From the IMG/VR virus record IMGVR_UViG_3300023179_000098, positions 5,334 to 69,333 of that record: DNA of 64,000 nucleotides. One strand, 5' to 3'. The position numbers and the translations under genes are program-made. The notes under the pieces are model-generated. The model made no database searches. It saw nothing but the letters and a program-made list of their open reading frames with translations, and was not told the origin of the DNA. How positions within the stretch are numbered: the first letter of the stretch is position 1; every line of letters starts with the position of its first letter. The DNA comes from a virus. This document shows positions 1 to 10,100 of the stretch, one piece after another.

Positions 1-1
1 A

Positions 2-157
2 GTGCCAGCAAATCAAAACACATTATTTAGTTTGGCCAAAGCATTTGATAATGCACAAGAGTTTGAATTATATAAACAGCAATTTGCACCCAAGGAATCA
101 GCTAAACAGCTAGATACCCCAAAGCCAGCAAAAAGCACTAAAAACGAGGAATGGGAC
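2..157 (+). CDS. C-terminal part of prohead (maturation) protease, truncated by window edge and in frame with the major capsid
   Basis: Reads (V)PANQNTLFSLAKAF, resembling the SVVSVP(A/C)NQ..F.LAK tail of HK97/T5-type prohead proteases. There is no stop before the capsid coding region. Confidence 0.7.
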
Positions 158-1648
158 ATGGATCCAAAAGAGTTAGAGAAATTATTAGCAGATGCTGCTG
201 CTAAAGCTGCTGAGCAAACCGCAAAAGCTGTTTTAGAAGCACAAACAAAAGCTGCTGAAGACGCAAAGCGTAAAGTTGAAGAAGAAGAAGTTCTACAAGC
301 TAAGATTAAAGCTGCAGTTAACGCAGTTCAGCCAGCTCCTGTAGTTCAAACAGTTGATACAGGTGCAGAGCGCCTACTAAGCGACATTGAAAAGCGCTTA
401 GAAGATCAAGCTACTGAGCACAGAACAGCCCTAGAAGGTTTAGAGAGTGCTATTCGTGAAAAAGCTAAAGAGCTAGAAGCACTACAAAATAAGAGTGGTG
501 AATTAGAAGCACTACAGCGTAGTCGTATGCAGTTTACTGAGCCACAAGGCCCAGAAATTAGCTATGCTGAAAAAGAAAAAGCTGTTTTAGTTAGTAAAAT
601 CTTACGTAGACCAATGCAAGACACCAAGTTCGGTAAGATTGTATTAGAAAAAGCTGCTGCTAGTTTTGGTGCTGCTGCACGTGGTCCTGTTATTGCTACA
701 GGTACAAGTATGCAAGAGCTTTATGAAACTGAAGTAGTTACTAGACTAGAGAGTGAAATGCGTCGTCAATTAGTAGTTACAAGCGCATTAACAAGTACAA
801 CTATGACTACTCCTGTAATGCGTATTCCAGTAAATCCAGATACACAAGATAATGCTACTTGGATTATAGGTGCTGGTGCAAATGAAGCTGCAGTTTATGG
901 TACAGGTGCTGATAGTAGTTCAGTTTTAGCTACTGCTGGTAGTTCTGGTCTAACTAGAAGGCACGCATTAAAAGAAATAACTCTTACCGCTTATAAATTA
1001 GCAACAAAAGAGTATATTGCTTTTGAAGAAGACGAAGACAGTCTAATTCCAGTACTTCCACTAGTTCGTGATGCATTAACTCGTCGCATGGCAAAATCAT
1101 TAGATGTAGCTATGCTGCGTGGAGCAGGTAGTGCTTTAAGCACACCAATTAAAGGTTTAACTGAGTATGATCCTGCTGGTGGTACTCCCTCAGTAACAAT
1201 TAATGTAGCTAGTCCTGGCAATGTATTAACAGTAGCAAAAGTTATGGAAGCTCGTAAAAAATTAGATGCTTGGGGTTTAAATCCAAGTGAACTAATTATT
1301 TTTGTTAGCACACAAGGCTACTATGAGTTATTAGAAGATACTAATTTCTTAACTGTTGATAAGGTAGGTGATCGTGCCACACTATTAACAGGACAGATTG
1401 GTAGTATTGGTAATACTCCTGTTATTGTTAGTGCAAGTTTTGCAGCAATTACACCTGCTAGTGGTCAACCTACTGCAGTAATCTTTAATCCACGTAACTT
1501 CTTAGTAGGAACACATCGTAGTATGCGTATTGATAGTGATGATGAAATTGTGACACAACGTAGCGTACTAGTTGCTAGTATGAGAGTTGGTATGACACAA
1601 CTTTCAACAATTGATGGCGAGGGTGCCGTAACAGTAAGATACGCTTAA
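158..1648 (+). CDS. Major capsid protein (HK97 fold, T5 pb8-like) with N-terminal coiled-coil scaffold (delta) domain
   Basis: GAGGA at 146-150 precedes an in-frame ATG at 158. The N-terminus is Ala/Glu/Lys-rich and helical. Capsid motifs include EITLTAYKLATKEYI..EEDEDSLIPVLPLVRDA, ARKKL..WGLNP and ATLLTGQIGSI. Head-completion and tail genes follow. Confidence 0.92.
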   Translation: MDPKELEKLLADAAAKAAEQTAKAVLEAQTKAAEDAKRKVEEEEVLQAKIKAAVNAVQPAPVVQTVDTGAERLLSDIEKRLEDQATEHRTALEGLESAIREKAKELEALQNKSGELEALQRSRMQFTEPQGPEISYAEKEKAVLVSKILRRPMQDTKFGKIVLEKAAASFGAAARGPVIATGTSMQELYETEVVTRLESEMRRQLVVTSALTSTTMTTPVMRIPVNPDTQDNATWIIGAGANEAAVYGTGADSSSVLATAGSSGLTRRHALKEITLTAYKLATKEYIAFEEDEDSLIPVLPLVRDALTRRMAKSLDVAMLRGAGSALSTPIKGLTEYDPAGGTPSVTINVASPGNVLTVAKVMEARKKLDAWGLNPSELIIFVSTQGYYELLEDTNFLTVDKVGDRATLLTGQIGSIGNTPVIVSASFAAITPASGQPTAVIFNPRNFLVGTHRSMRIDSDDEIVTQRSVLVASMRVGMTQLSTIDGEGAVTVRYA

Positions 1649-1660
1649 TTTTTTAAGTTT

Positions 1661-1713
1661 AGGCAGGATTCGCGAGAGTCCTGCTTCCAAAACCTATCTG
1701 GGTTTTGGAAGCA
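1661..1713 (+). promoter_or_regulatory. Two overlapping RNA hairpins between capsid and head-completion gene
   Basis: GCAGGATTC-GCGA-GAGTCCTGC (1663-1684, GNRA loop) and TGCTTCCAAAACC-TATCTG-GGTTTTGGAAGCA (1682-1713), immediately before the SD AAGGAG at 1715-1720. Confidence 0.7.
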
Positions 1714-1727
1714 TAAGGAGTTTTTAT

Positions 1728-2300
1728 ATGGCTGATTTAATTACCAGAGTCGAATATAAAGATTATATGGGGATTAGTACTAATAATAAAGATAAAGAAA
1801 TAGATCTATTAATTCCTATGGTTAGCCAACTAGTAAAAACTTATTGCCGTAGAACATTTATAGATCATGTATTCGACCCTAAACTGGAAGTTTTTCAGGG
1901 TGGATTTCAAGATATAATTTTATCAGAAACACCAGTTATAGAAATATTAGATTTTGGTTATAGTATAGATTATGGTCAAACTTATGAAGTATTAACTCAA
2001 TACACTGACTGGGTACTTGTAGGTAATACTATTAAATCTATTAAGTATACTGGTGGTCGTTGGAATAATTTAATCAATGGATTTAAAGTAGAGTATCAAG
2101 CTGGTTATGCTGATGGAACTCCACCAGATTTAAAACTAGCTATAATGGATTTAATAGAATACTATTCAAAAAATAATAGTGCAGTACATGTTAATCGTGA
2201 TGTTACTCCTAATGTAACTCAGATTTCTTATGTAGCTACTACAAATTTTCCTGCACATATTAAACGCATATTAGACCAATATGTTTCGGATTATGCATAA
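1728..2300 (+). CDS. Head completion / head-tail connector protein (T5 p144-like)
   Basis: LIT..EYK.Y.GI...KD..I..LIP.VSQLVKTYC, P.DLKLA..DL..YY and FP.HIKRILD.Y motifs; directly after the capsid. Confidence 0.85.
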   Translation: MADLITRVEYKDYMGISTNNKDKEIDLLIPMVSQLVKTYCRRTFIDHVFDPKLEVFQGGFQDIILSETPVIEILDFGYSIDYGQTYEVLTQYTDWVLVGNTIKSIKYTGGRWNNLINGFKVEYQAGYADGTPPDLKLAIMDLIEYYSKNNSAVHVNRDVTPNVTQISYVATTNFPAHIKRILDQYVSDYA

Positions 2301-3970
2301 TGAGCATAGCAGAATTTACAAAATCTTTGCGAGATAAAAGTAACAGTGAATTTAATGCTAAAGCTGAAAAATTACTAAGTGATTTTGTAACTAATGCTAC
2401 AGAAGCCTTTCAATCAAAAAGTCCTATTAGACGTGCAGGTAGCGTAATTACAGAAGGTAAAGCTGTAGTAGGTGGCAGAGAAATAGCTTTATCCAGAGAG
2501 TTTCGTAGACAAGGCGAGCGACAAGGACGTACTAGGTTAATATTAACCGAAGACGACTTAGTTCAAATGTTTAAACTATATAATATTACATCTAGTACTA
2601 ATCCTATGGTACTATACGCTGTATTTTTAGCTAAAAGATATGGTAAAAAATTAGCTAGACATTTTGAAGTTTATATGCGAGATGGTTCCATAATTGAACG
2701 TGGTAGAAAACCTATAGCTGATGTAATTAATGATCTTGGAGAAAGTGGCAGACAAACCGAAATAGTAGCAATTAGAGGCTTAAACTTTAGTCATGATAAT
2801 ACTGCTAAACATGTAGCAGAATTTTTACAAGATTGCAAAGCGTTTCCAGGTAAAACTGTAAAAGAAATACAAGAAATAATTTTAGGTGACTATGAACGTG
2901 GTCACGTATATGCACAAACAACAGGTAGAGCATTAGTAAGTTTAGGCGAACTAGTAGATCAAGAAAATATATTAAATAGTATAGTAAAATTATATGAAAT
3001 AATTGATGAACGTTCGTCCTCACTATCAGAGTTTGACGGAAAATATCAAGAATTACTAGCAAGATGTAGAAAAGATTTTACTGGTAGTAGACTTGCGATG
3101 AACATTCAGTTTCAATTAAAAAGAGTTGATACTGGAAAAGGCAACCAAGATACAGCAGACATTAGTAAAGGTGTACAGATAGTTAAATTTTTACAAAACT
3201 TAATTAAAAATGTAAAATTAACTTCTACTGGAAAAAAATTAATTAGCGACCCTGCTGCTGTTAATTTACGAGAATTTGATAAAGCTTTAACTGATTTAAA
3301 CACTAAACTAACAAAATATCAGCTACAAATAAATAGAGTATTAGCTGGTACTACTGATTCTGAATATTTATCAAAACTTCAAACTAGTGATTCTTTAACT
3401 AAATATATAACTAATACATTTGATAATATATTTAGAGATAAACCTGTAGTTAATTTAAAAGTTGATACTGGCAATAAGCAAATACTAAAAACAGAACCTT
3501 TTAAAGTTAAGTTACAAACTACACTAGAAAAAATTAAACCTAAAATTAATAGTTTTAAAAATGATTTAAAAAAGAATATAGCTGAAATAAAGAAAACCAA
3601 AACAGCTAAACTTGAAAGTAGAGCTAGATTTGATAAACAAAGTACTGATTTAATTAGTTTACAGAACTTGTTAAATCAAAAATTAATAGAAACAGTTAAG
3701 CAAAATATGGGTACTGGAAATGACCGAAATGTGCTTAACTTAAGAACTGGTAGATTTGCTGAAAGTGTTAGAGTAGATAGATTAAGCGAAAGCAAACTAG
3801 GAGCAATAACAGCATTTTATAGTTATATGCGTAATCCTTATGCTACTTTTAGTAGCGGTGGTCAACAATCAAGACCTAGTAGTAGAGATCCTAAACTATT
3901 AATTTCTAAGTCAATAAGACAAGTAGCTGCGGAATTAATGATTACTAATTTAAGAAGTGTTAATGTATGA
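2300..3970 (+). CDS. Tail completion/neck protein (T5 p143-like C-terminal domain, long N-terminal extension)
   Basis: C-terminal LNLRTGRFAESV..Y.YMRNPYATF..RDPKLLISKSIR; lies between head completion and tail terminator. Confidence 0.75.
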   Translation: MSIAEFTKSLRDKSNSEFNAKAEKLLSDFVTNATEAFQSKSPIRRAGSVITEGKAVVGGREIALSREFRRQGERQGRTRLILTEDDLVQMFKLYNITSSTNPMVLYAVFLAKRYGKKLARHFEVYMRDGSIIERGRKPIADVINDLGESGRQTEIVAIRGLNFSHDNTAKHVAEFLQDCKAFPGKTVKEIQEIILGDYERGHVYAQTTGRALVSLGELVDQENILNSIVKLYEIIDERSSSLSEFDGKYQELLARCRKDFTGSRLAMNIQFQLKRVDTGKGNQDTADISKGVQIVKFLQNLIKNVKLTSTGKKLISDPAAVNLREFDKALTDLNTKLTKYQLQINRVLAGTTDSEYLSKLQTSDSLTKYITNTFDNIFRDKPVVNLKVDTGNKQILKTEPFKVKLQTTLEKIKPKINSFKNDLKKNIAEIKKTKTAKLESRARFDKQSTDLISLQNLLNQKLIETVKQNMGTGNDRNVLNLRTGRFAESVRVDRLSESKLGAITAFYSYMRNPYATFSSGGQQSRPSSRDPKLLISKSIRQVAAELMITNLRSVNV

Positions 3971-4410
3971 GTAAACGAACTCAAATTATAACAGCATTAG
4001 CCGAAGCGTTTAAAACAATAGATGGCAATACGCCCTATACAACTAATTTACAAAATCAAAGTTTTGCTAAATTAAAGTTTTGGGATGAAGTAAATGATTT
4101 CCCGGCCGTTTACTTGTCGCCTAGTAGTGAAACTCGGGAATATTTACCTGGAGAATTTAAGTGGGGTTTTTTAAGAGTTTGTGTAAAAGTATATTGTAAA
4201 GATGAAGAACTAGCACAACAGCAACTAGAAAGCTTACTTAGTGATCTAGAAATATGTATAGACGCTAATCGTAGACTGGTATACGACGCAAATAACAATT
4301 ACGAAACCACAGAGATTTTAATAGATTCAATAACTACCGATGAAGGGCTACTAACTCCTTATGCTGTAGGCGAAATCTATTTGCAGGTTCGTTATCAAAT
4401 TATGAATTAA
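3967..4410 (+). CDS. Tail terminator (T5 p142-like)
   Basis: KLKFWDEVNDFP, ETREYLP..FKWGFL and SITTDEGLL.PY.VGE motifs; ATGA overlap with the upstream gene. Confidence 0.85.
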   Translation: MSKRTQIITALAEAFKTIDGNTPYTTNLQNQSFAKLKFWDEVNDFPAVYLSPSSETREYLPGEFKWGFLRVCVKVYCKDEELAQQQLESLLSDLEICIDANRRLVYDANNNYETTEILIDSITTDEGLLTPYAVGEIYLQVRYQIMN

Positions 4411-4489
4411 CAATATTTTATAGCCTAACGCAGATAAATATCTTGTAACAGCTAGAAAAATATTTCTTTCTAGAAAAAAAGGATAGAGT

Positions 4490-6187
4490 ATGTCAGTTAA
4501 TTTATTACGTAATAGTAAGGTGTTCTTTACTACAAATGTTGAACTTGTAGACCCTAATCGTGGACAAATTCAACTAGCCGGTCATACTAATGCAACAACA
4601 TTTGAAATGCAAGTTTTAGATGACTTAAGTTTTAACCAAACAACAGCAGTAGAAACGATTGCTGTAAATGAAGCAGGTACAACACCTATTCGTGGACAGC
4701 GACAGTTTAATACTGCACTTAATCCCGTAGATTTTAACTTTAGTACTTATCTGCGCCCAGCAAAAGTAGGAACTGTTGGCGGTGTAGTTACTAAGGTCAC
4801 AGCTATTATTGGTGGTCTTGCTTTTCGTAGCTGGGATAGTACTGTAGATGTATTAGATTCCACATTACAAACTACTTACAATAATGTTGACGGTATTACT
4901 GCAGGTCAAGCAATTGGTAGCGATTACGGGCCTAATACTAATGTTCAAGTAGCTTTACCAGCAGCTACAGGAGCAAAACCATTAATTTTAGCACCAATTT
5001 TTGGAACTGATAGTACAAAAACAACAACATATGAAAAATTAGTTGGTTTTAGAATTATAAATGGTGGTGAAGGTTACAGTACTTTAGGTACTGTAGCTGC
5101 TACAATTTTTGATCCAGATAGTGGTTCAGAAGGTACTTCTATTACTCTAAATATAGATACAGTATCAGCAGGAGGCAGTGGATACAAGACAACTTGTGAA
5201 GAAGCACATCTATGGAATGCTATGTTTAGCCCTGATCAACCTTATACTAGTGCAGCTAGTTTTACTAATCAAGTAAATGGTACAGATGGTGCTTTTAAAG
5301 AAGTAGCTACTTACGTAAATACACATCCAGCCAGAGTAGAATTAGGTAAAAGTAATAGTCACCAATTACAAAGATTTGGTATGGTTGTAGTATTTGATCA
5401 AAATACTTTCTTGCTAGATGATTGTTCTATTACTCAAGCTAGTATTGATTTTGGTATTGATCAAATTGCTACAATACAGTGGAGTGGTCAAGCCAGAGCT
5501 ATTCGTAGAATACCCAGTCCTACAATTAATTTTCCAATTAGTGGTGGTGTAACACAAAGTGCTGGTACAGGTACATTTACAGCGCCATTAGGTGGCGGAA
5601 TAAGTTTACTTGGAAACTTTCGTGGAAAAATTACAGATGCTCCATTTATCGCTAATAAACTAAGCACAGTTACTTTAGTTCAAAGCATTGGTAGTTTTGG
5701 TGGAGCACCTTTCTATACATTTGCTGGTAGTACAACACCTGGTGTTAAAAGCTACACAATTCCATTAACAGCAGGTAATATTACGCTACAAAATAATATT
5801 ACATATTTAACTCCAGCTTATATGGGTGCAGTTAATCAAGCTGTTACTTATTTTACTGGTAGTAGAAATGTAACAGGTAGCTTAACAGCTTATTTACGTA
5901 GTGGAACTGGTACTAATTATTTTACCGCTGATTTATTCAGTGATTTAGTAGCAAAAATTAATACAGATAGTGACCCTGAATTTGCACTACAAGTTGAAAT
6001 TGGCGGTAGAACTAACGCTACTAGAGTTGAATTAGCAATGCCAGCAGTTGTATTAACAATTCCAACTGTTAATGCAGAAAGTGTAATTACTAGTGCTATT
6101 AACTTTACAGCACAAGGTAGTGATCAAACCAACAAAGTCTTCAATATATTAGAAGATAATGAGATAATGATTAAATATTTTGTTTAA
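4490..6187 (+). CDS. Major tail tube protein (T5 pb6-like) with internal insertion
   Basis: NLLRN.KVFF, RGQRQFNTALNPVDFNFSTYLRP, IDFGIDQIATIQWSG, FIANKLST, YFTGSR.VTGSLTAYL and INFTAQG motifs. Confidence 0.9.
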   Translation: MSVNLLRNSKVFFTTNVELVDPNRGQIQLAGHTNATTFEMQVLDDLSFNQTTAVETIAVNEAGTTPIRGQRQFNTALNPVDFNFSTYLRPAKVGTVGGVVTKVTAIIGGLAFRSWDSTVDVLDSTLQTTYNNVDGITAGQAIGSDYGPNTNVQVALPAATGAKPLILAPIFGTDSTKTTTYEKLVGFRIINGGEGYSTLGTVAATIFDPDSGSEGTSITLNIDTVSAGGSGYKTTCEEAHLWNAMFSPDQPYTSAASFTNQVNGTDGAFKEVATYVNTHPARVELGKSNSHQLQRFGMVVVFDQNTFLLDDCSITQASIDFGIDQIATIQWSGQARAIRRIPSPTINFPISGGVTQSAGTGTFTAPLGGGISLLGNFRGKITDAPFIANKLSTVTLVQSIGSFGGAPFYTFAGSTTPGVKSYTIPLTAGNITLQNNITYLTPAYMGAVNQAVTYFTGSRNVTGSLTAYLRSGTGTNYFTADLFSDLVAKINTDSDPEFALQVEIGGRTNATRVELAMPAVVLTIPTVNAESVITSAINFTAQGSDQTNKVFNILEDNEIMIKYFV

Positions 6188-6193
6188 TAACCT

Positions 6194-6220
6194 ATACGGC
6201 TGGGAAACTAGCCGTATTTT
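6194..6220 (+). terminator. Rho-independent terminator after tail tube gene
   Basis: ATACGGCTGG-GAAA-CTAGCCGTAT followed by a short T run. Confidence 0.75.
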
Positions 6221-6237
6221 AATATACTTAGATAACA

Positions 6238-6651
6238 ATGTCCGATATTAGTTTAAAAAATTTATTAGTTCCATCAAAAGCGGTTGAAGTAGAGTTTCCT
6301 GGCATGCCTGGATTCTTTATTCATATAGCGTTTTTAGCAAGAGAAACACTTATAAATATTCGCAAGAAAGCTACTAAAACAACTTTTAAAAATCGTCAAC
6401 CTCATGAAGAATTAGATGATGAGTTATTTTTACAATTATATGTAGAAAATGCTGTTAAAGGTTGGCGTGGTTTAAAAATTAGATATTTAGAAGAACTAGC
6501 ACCAGTTGATGTTAGTAAGCTTGATCCAGAAGATGAATTGAACTATACTACTGAAAATGCTTTATATTTGATGAAAAATAGTAATAGCTTTGACAGTTTT
6601 ATTAGTGAACAGGTAAATGATCTGGGAAACTTTTCCAAGAGCAAATCCTAG
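6238..6651 (+). CDS. Tail assembly chaperone (gpG analogue)
   Basis: Lies between tail tube and tape measure; VKGW.GLK..YL and DLGNF motifs; slippery heptamer near the 3' end. Confidence 0.85.
   Translation: MSDISLKNLLVPSKAVEVEFPGMPGFFIHIAFLARETLINIRKKATKTTFKNRQPHEELDDELFLQLYVENAVKGWRGLKIRYLEELAPVDVSKLDPEDELNYTTENALYLMKNSNSFDSFISEQVNDLGNFSKSKS
6624..6630 (+). other. Programmed -1 ribosomal frameshift site G GGA AAC
   Basis: X XXY YYZ heptamer in the correct phase of ORF 6238. The -1 frame is open from 6630 (CTT TTC CAA GAG...) and joins ORF 6699 in frame. Confidence 0.88.
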
Positions 6652-7016
6652 AAGTAGAAAAACAAGTTAAAAATTATTTACAAAATCGTCAAGCTGGAAT
6701 GTCAAAGGAAAAATACTTTGATATGTGCGAACAATTAGGTACAATACCTATTGATAGTGAAATACCAGTTGAAATAGACGATTTACCATTGCAAGTGCAA
6801 CAAACATTTAATGTTTATCATATGTTGCAAGATCAATGGGAAGGATTTGCTGGATTATATTTGGGAAAAAGTTTATTAGGTTTACAAGAGATACTAAAGT
6901 TTAATCAGTTAGAAGAAGATGAATACGGTCTTATATTACAGCTATTAAAAATGATAGATATAATAAGAACTGATATTATTAATACCGAAAGGGAGAAAAA
7001 GTCTGCAAAAAAGTAA
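6630..7016 (+). CDS. Frameshift extension of tail chaperone (gpT analogue; ORF-track ATG at 6699)
   Basis: M.KE.YF.MCEQLG..P...EIP.E..D.P and D.WEG..G.YLGK motifs; reached by -1 shift from ORF 6238. Confidence 0.82.
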   Translation, partial: LFQEQILEVEKQVKNYLQNRQAGMSKEKYFDMCEQLGTIPIDSEIPVEIDDLPLQVQQTFNVYHMLQDQWEGFAGLYLGKSLLGLQEILKFNQLEEDEYGLILQLLKMIDIIRTDIINTEREKKSAKK

Positions 7017-7037
7017 TATCTTTTGCAGACTTTTTTT
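6996..7037 (+). terminator. Terminator, possibly bidirectional
   Basis: AAAAAGTCTGCAAAA...TTTTGCAGACTTTTTTT inverted repeat spanning the stop codon. Confidence 0.75.
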
Positions 7038-7058
7038 ATTGCTAAAAAAATTTTTTGA

Positions 7059-7087
7059 TTGACATTTTGTTACCTTTATGGTATAAT
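7059..7087 (+). promoter_or_regulatory. Consensus sigma70 promoter for tape measure/tail tip operon
   Basis: TTGACA (7059-7064), 17-bp spacer, TATAAT (7082-7087) with an extended TG and an upstream A/T tract. Confidence 0.9.
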
Positions 7088-7131
7088 TGGTTTAATCGTA
7101 TAATTATATCCGGTAAATACTTGGAGTAGGT

Positions 7132-10100
7132 ATGGCAGGCAATACTATAGACTATAATATTAATGTTAGTGACAATGGATCAATTGATAAACTAACAAAC
7201 AAAGCCAAGGAATTTCGTGGCGAAGTCACAAGATTACAAAATATTGCAGGTACCGGCACTAAATCCGGAGATCAAGCTATGCGCCGTTCTACAGCAGCAC
7301 CAGGCGGTAGTAATTTAGAAGACTATACCACTGCTGGTGGAGTAACAGGTAGACGTGGGGCAGGTGCTCGTGATTTTGCAGCTGAATCAAAAGGTGTAGG
7401 TGGATTAGTTAGACTATATGCAGAATGGGCAGCAAATATTTATGCTGTAACTGCAGCATTTTCAGCATTGCAAGGTGCTATGCAAACTGAAATAATGATT
7501 CGTGGTATGCAACAATTAGGAGCAGCTACAGGAACTAGTTTAGTTGGAATGACAAAAGAGTTTGTTGCAGCAACAGATGGCATGGTAAGTTTTAGAGAAG
7601 CAGCAGAGGCTGTTACCAAAGTTACTACCAGTGGTATGGGCAAACAACAAGTTTTAGATATCGCTACAGTTGCTAAAGGGGCAAGCCAAGCTTTAGGTTT
7701 AAGTATGACTGATGCAGTTAGTAGATTGAGCCGTGGTATTACAAAACTAGAACCAGAACTATTAGACGAATTAGGTTTATTTACAAAATTAGATAAAGCC
7801 GTTAGCGATTATGCTCGTAGTGTAGGTAAAAGTGAAGGTCAATTAACAGACTTTGAGCGCCGCCAAGCTTTTGCTAATGCTGTACTAGAAGAAGGTAAGA
7901 AAAAATTTAGTGAAATTGCACAAGCAGGTAATCCCTATGATCAATTACTTGCTAATCTTAAAAATGTGGCTACTGATATATTAAATGTTGTTAATACTAT
8001 AGTCGGACCAATAGCCAAATTATTGGCAGACAATACTGGTTTAATTACTGCTGCTATAGGTTTATTTGCCTTAAAAATTGTAGGAAAAGTTTTTCCTGTA
8101 TTGAGTGATTATAGAGACAAACTAGACACAATTGCTAAAGAAACAAAAGATAGGGCTGCTAAAATTGCAACAGCTGCTGAAGAGCGTCAAGTTTTTGGTA
8201 AAACAGGGTTAGAAGCTAAGGCAGGAATTCCACAAGCAACAGAAGCATTAAAAGCAGCTAAAGCAAGAGAAGATGCAGCTAGAGAAGAATTAAATTTAAC
8301 TAATAAACAAAATATGTCTTTAGCAGATAGAACTATTAAAGAACAAAAAATTAATAGTTTAATAAAAGACAGAATTGCTGCTGAAGTTGCATTAAAAGAA
8401 GCTGGTGAAAAAGTGGATAAATTAAGTTCTAGTCCTAGTACTTGGTCTCCTACTGCCGCTATGCAAAGACAAAGAGCAAAGGATGAAGCAGGTAGAGCCG
8501 CAAGAACAGGAATAGTAGCTGATGTTAGTAGAAAATTTGAAACAAAAGGTGTTAGAGAGTCATTTGCTTCTCTTGGAGATCAAGTTAAAGAAAATGCTGC
8601 TGTTTTAGGGGGTTGGGGCAGAGCAACTACTCGTGCAGCAGGTACATTAGCTATATTAGGTCAAGCTATTAGTCAAGTAGGTAGTTTTATATTTAGTAAA
8701 TTACTAGGTCCAATAAGTGCAATAATTACTGTATATGAGATACTTAATGCATTATTTGATAGTAATGCTAAAGAAATGAGAAAGTTAAACGATAGTTTAG
8801 ACCAACTTAGTGATGCTACAAAAACTGCTCTAGATACTAATGAAAAATTTAAAAATAGTATGAGCATAGATGCAGTACTTGCATATGCTAATACTTTAAA
8901 AGGTTTAGATGAAAATATACAAAATGTAGTTAAAAGCTTTAAAGATACTAAAAAAGCAGAAGGTTGGTGGAATACTGTTATTAATGTTTTAAAAGATATA
9001 ACACCTGGATTTGATAGTGTAGAAGAAGCAACTAGTGAAGGTTTAGGTAAAGCATTAAGCGCTGGATTAAATAATATTAAATCTGAACCTTTAAAACAAC
9101 AGTTAACACAAAAATATAAAGATATATTAAAGATAGATAGCAAAACTCCATTAACAGCTAAAACTATGGAAGATGCTTTAAATAAATTAGATGGTTTTGG
9201 CAAAAAATCAGCAGCAGAATATCAAAAAGCTCTAGATGATCTATCTATAGCACAAAGCGAAGCAAATAAGCAAGTACAGGAATATGCACTATATTTACGT
9301 GGATTAACTGATGCAGGAGATCTAGCAACTAAAAGTACCCAAAGCTTTATGAATAGCTTAAAAGATAGTAGTCCAATGGGTCAAATGCTTCAAAATAACA
9401 TAAAATATTTAACACAATTAAATAGTGCACTATCTTCTTCAGATTTTAAATCGCAAGCAGCTGCAATGGATGCTATTTCTAGAGTAGATTTTGCTGGTAC
9501 ATTTGGTGCTGGAGCAGTTGAAGCGGCTAGATTAAGTGATGAATTTCAAGAACAAAAACCTTTAATTGATGCTGTTAACGCATCTTTGCAAGACCAAAAG
9601 AAAACATTAGAAGAGCTTCAACAAGGTAGAAAAAATGAGTGGTATCAATTTGGACCCGAAACTAAGGAAGGTGCTGCTGAAAGAAAAGCAAAAATCGCAG
9701 AAACTCAAAGTGTTATAGATGCTCAAGAGCGGATAATAAATCAGTTTGAAACTAGATTTAGAGAAATGGCAAAAAGAATTACTGAAATTACTGGTCAAGC
9801 AGCTAGTCAAATGGCAGAAATAGCTTTAAATAAACATAGGATAGAATTAGCAAAAATAAAAAATGATCTGGAAAGATTTGGATTAGGCTTAGTACCAGTA
9901 AAAACTGAATCTAATTTGCGTGCACAAGCCCAACTAGAGAAACAATCAATTCGTTTAGAGGCTCAGCTTGTTAATTCTCAAAATGATTTAGCTAATAGTT
10001 TAGACAGATTACGTATTGAAATTGAGCTGCAGCGTACTGAAGATAAAATACGCGCTCTTGAAGCCAAAGGAGAGATGAGAACTGTAGATGCTATGGCTAG

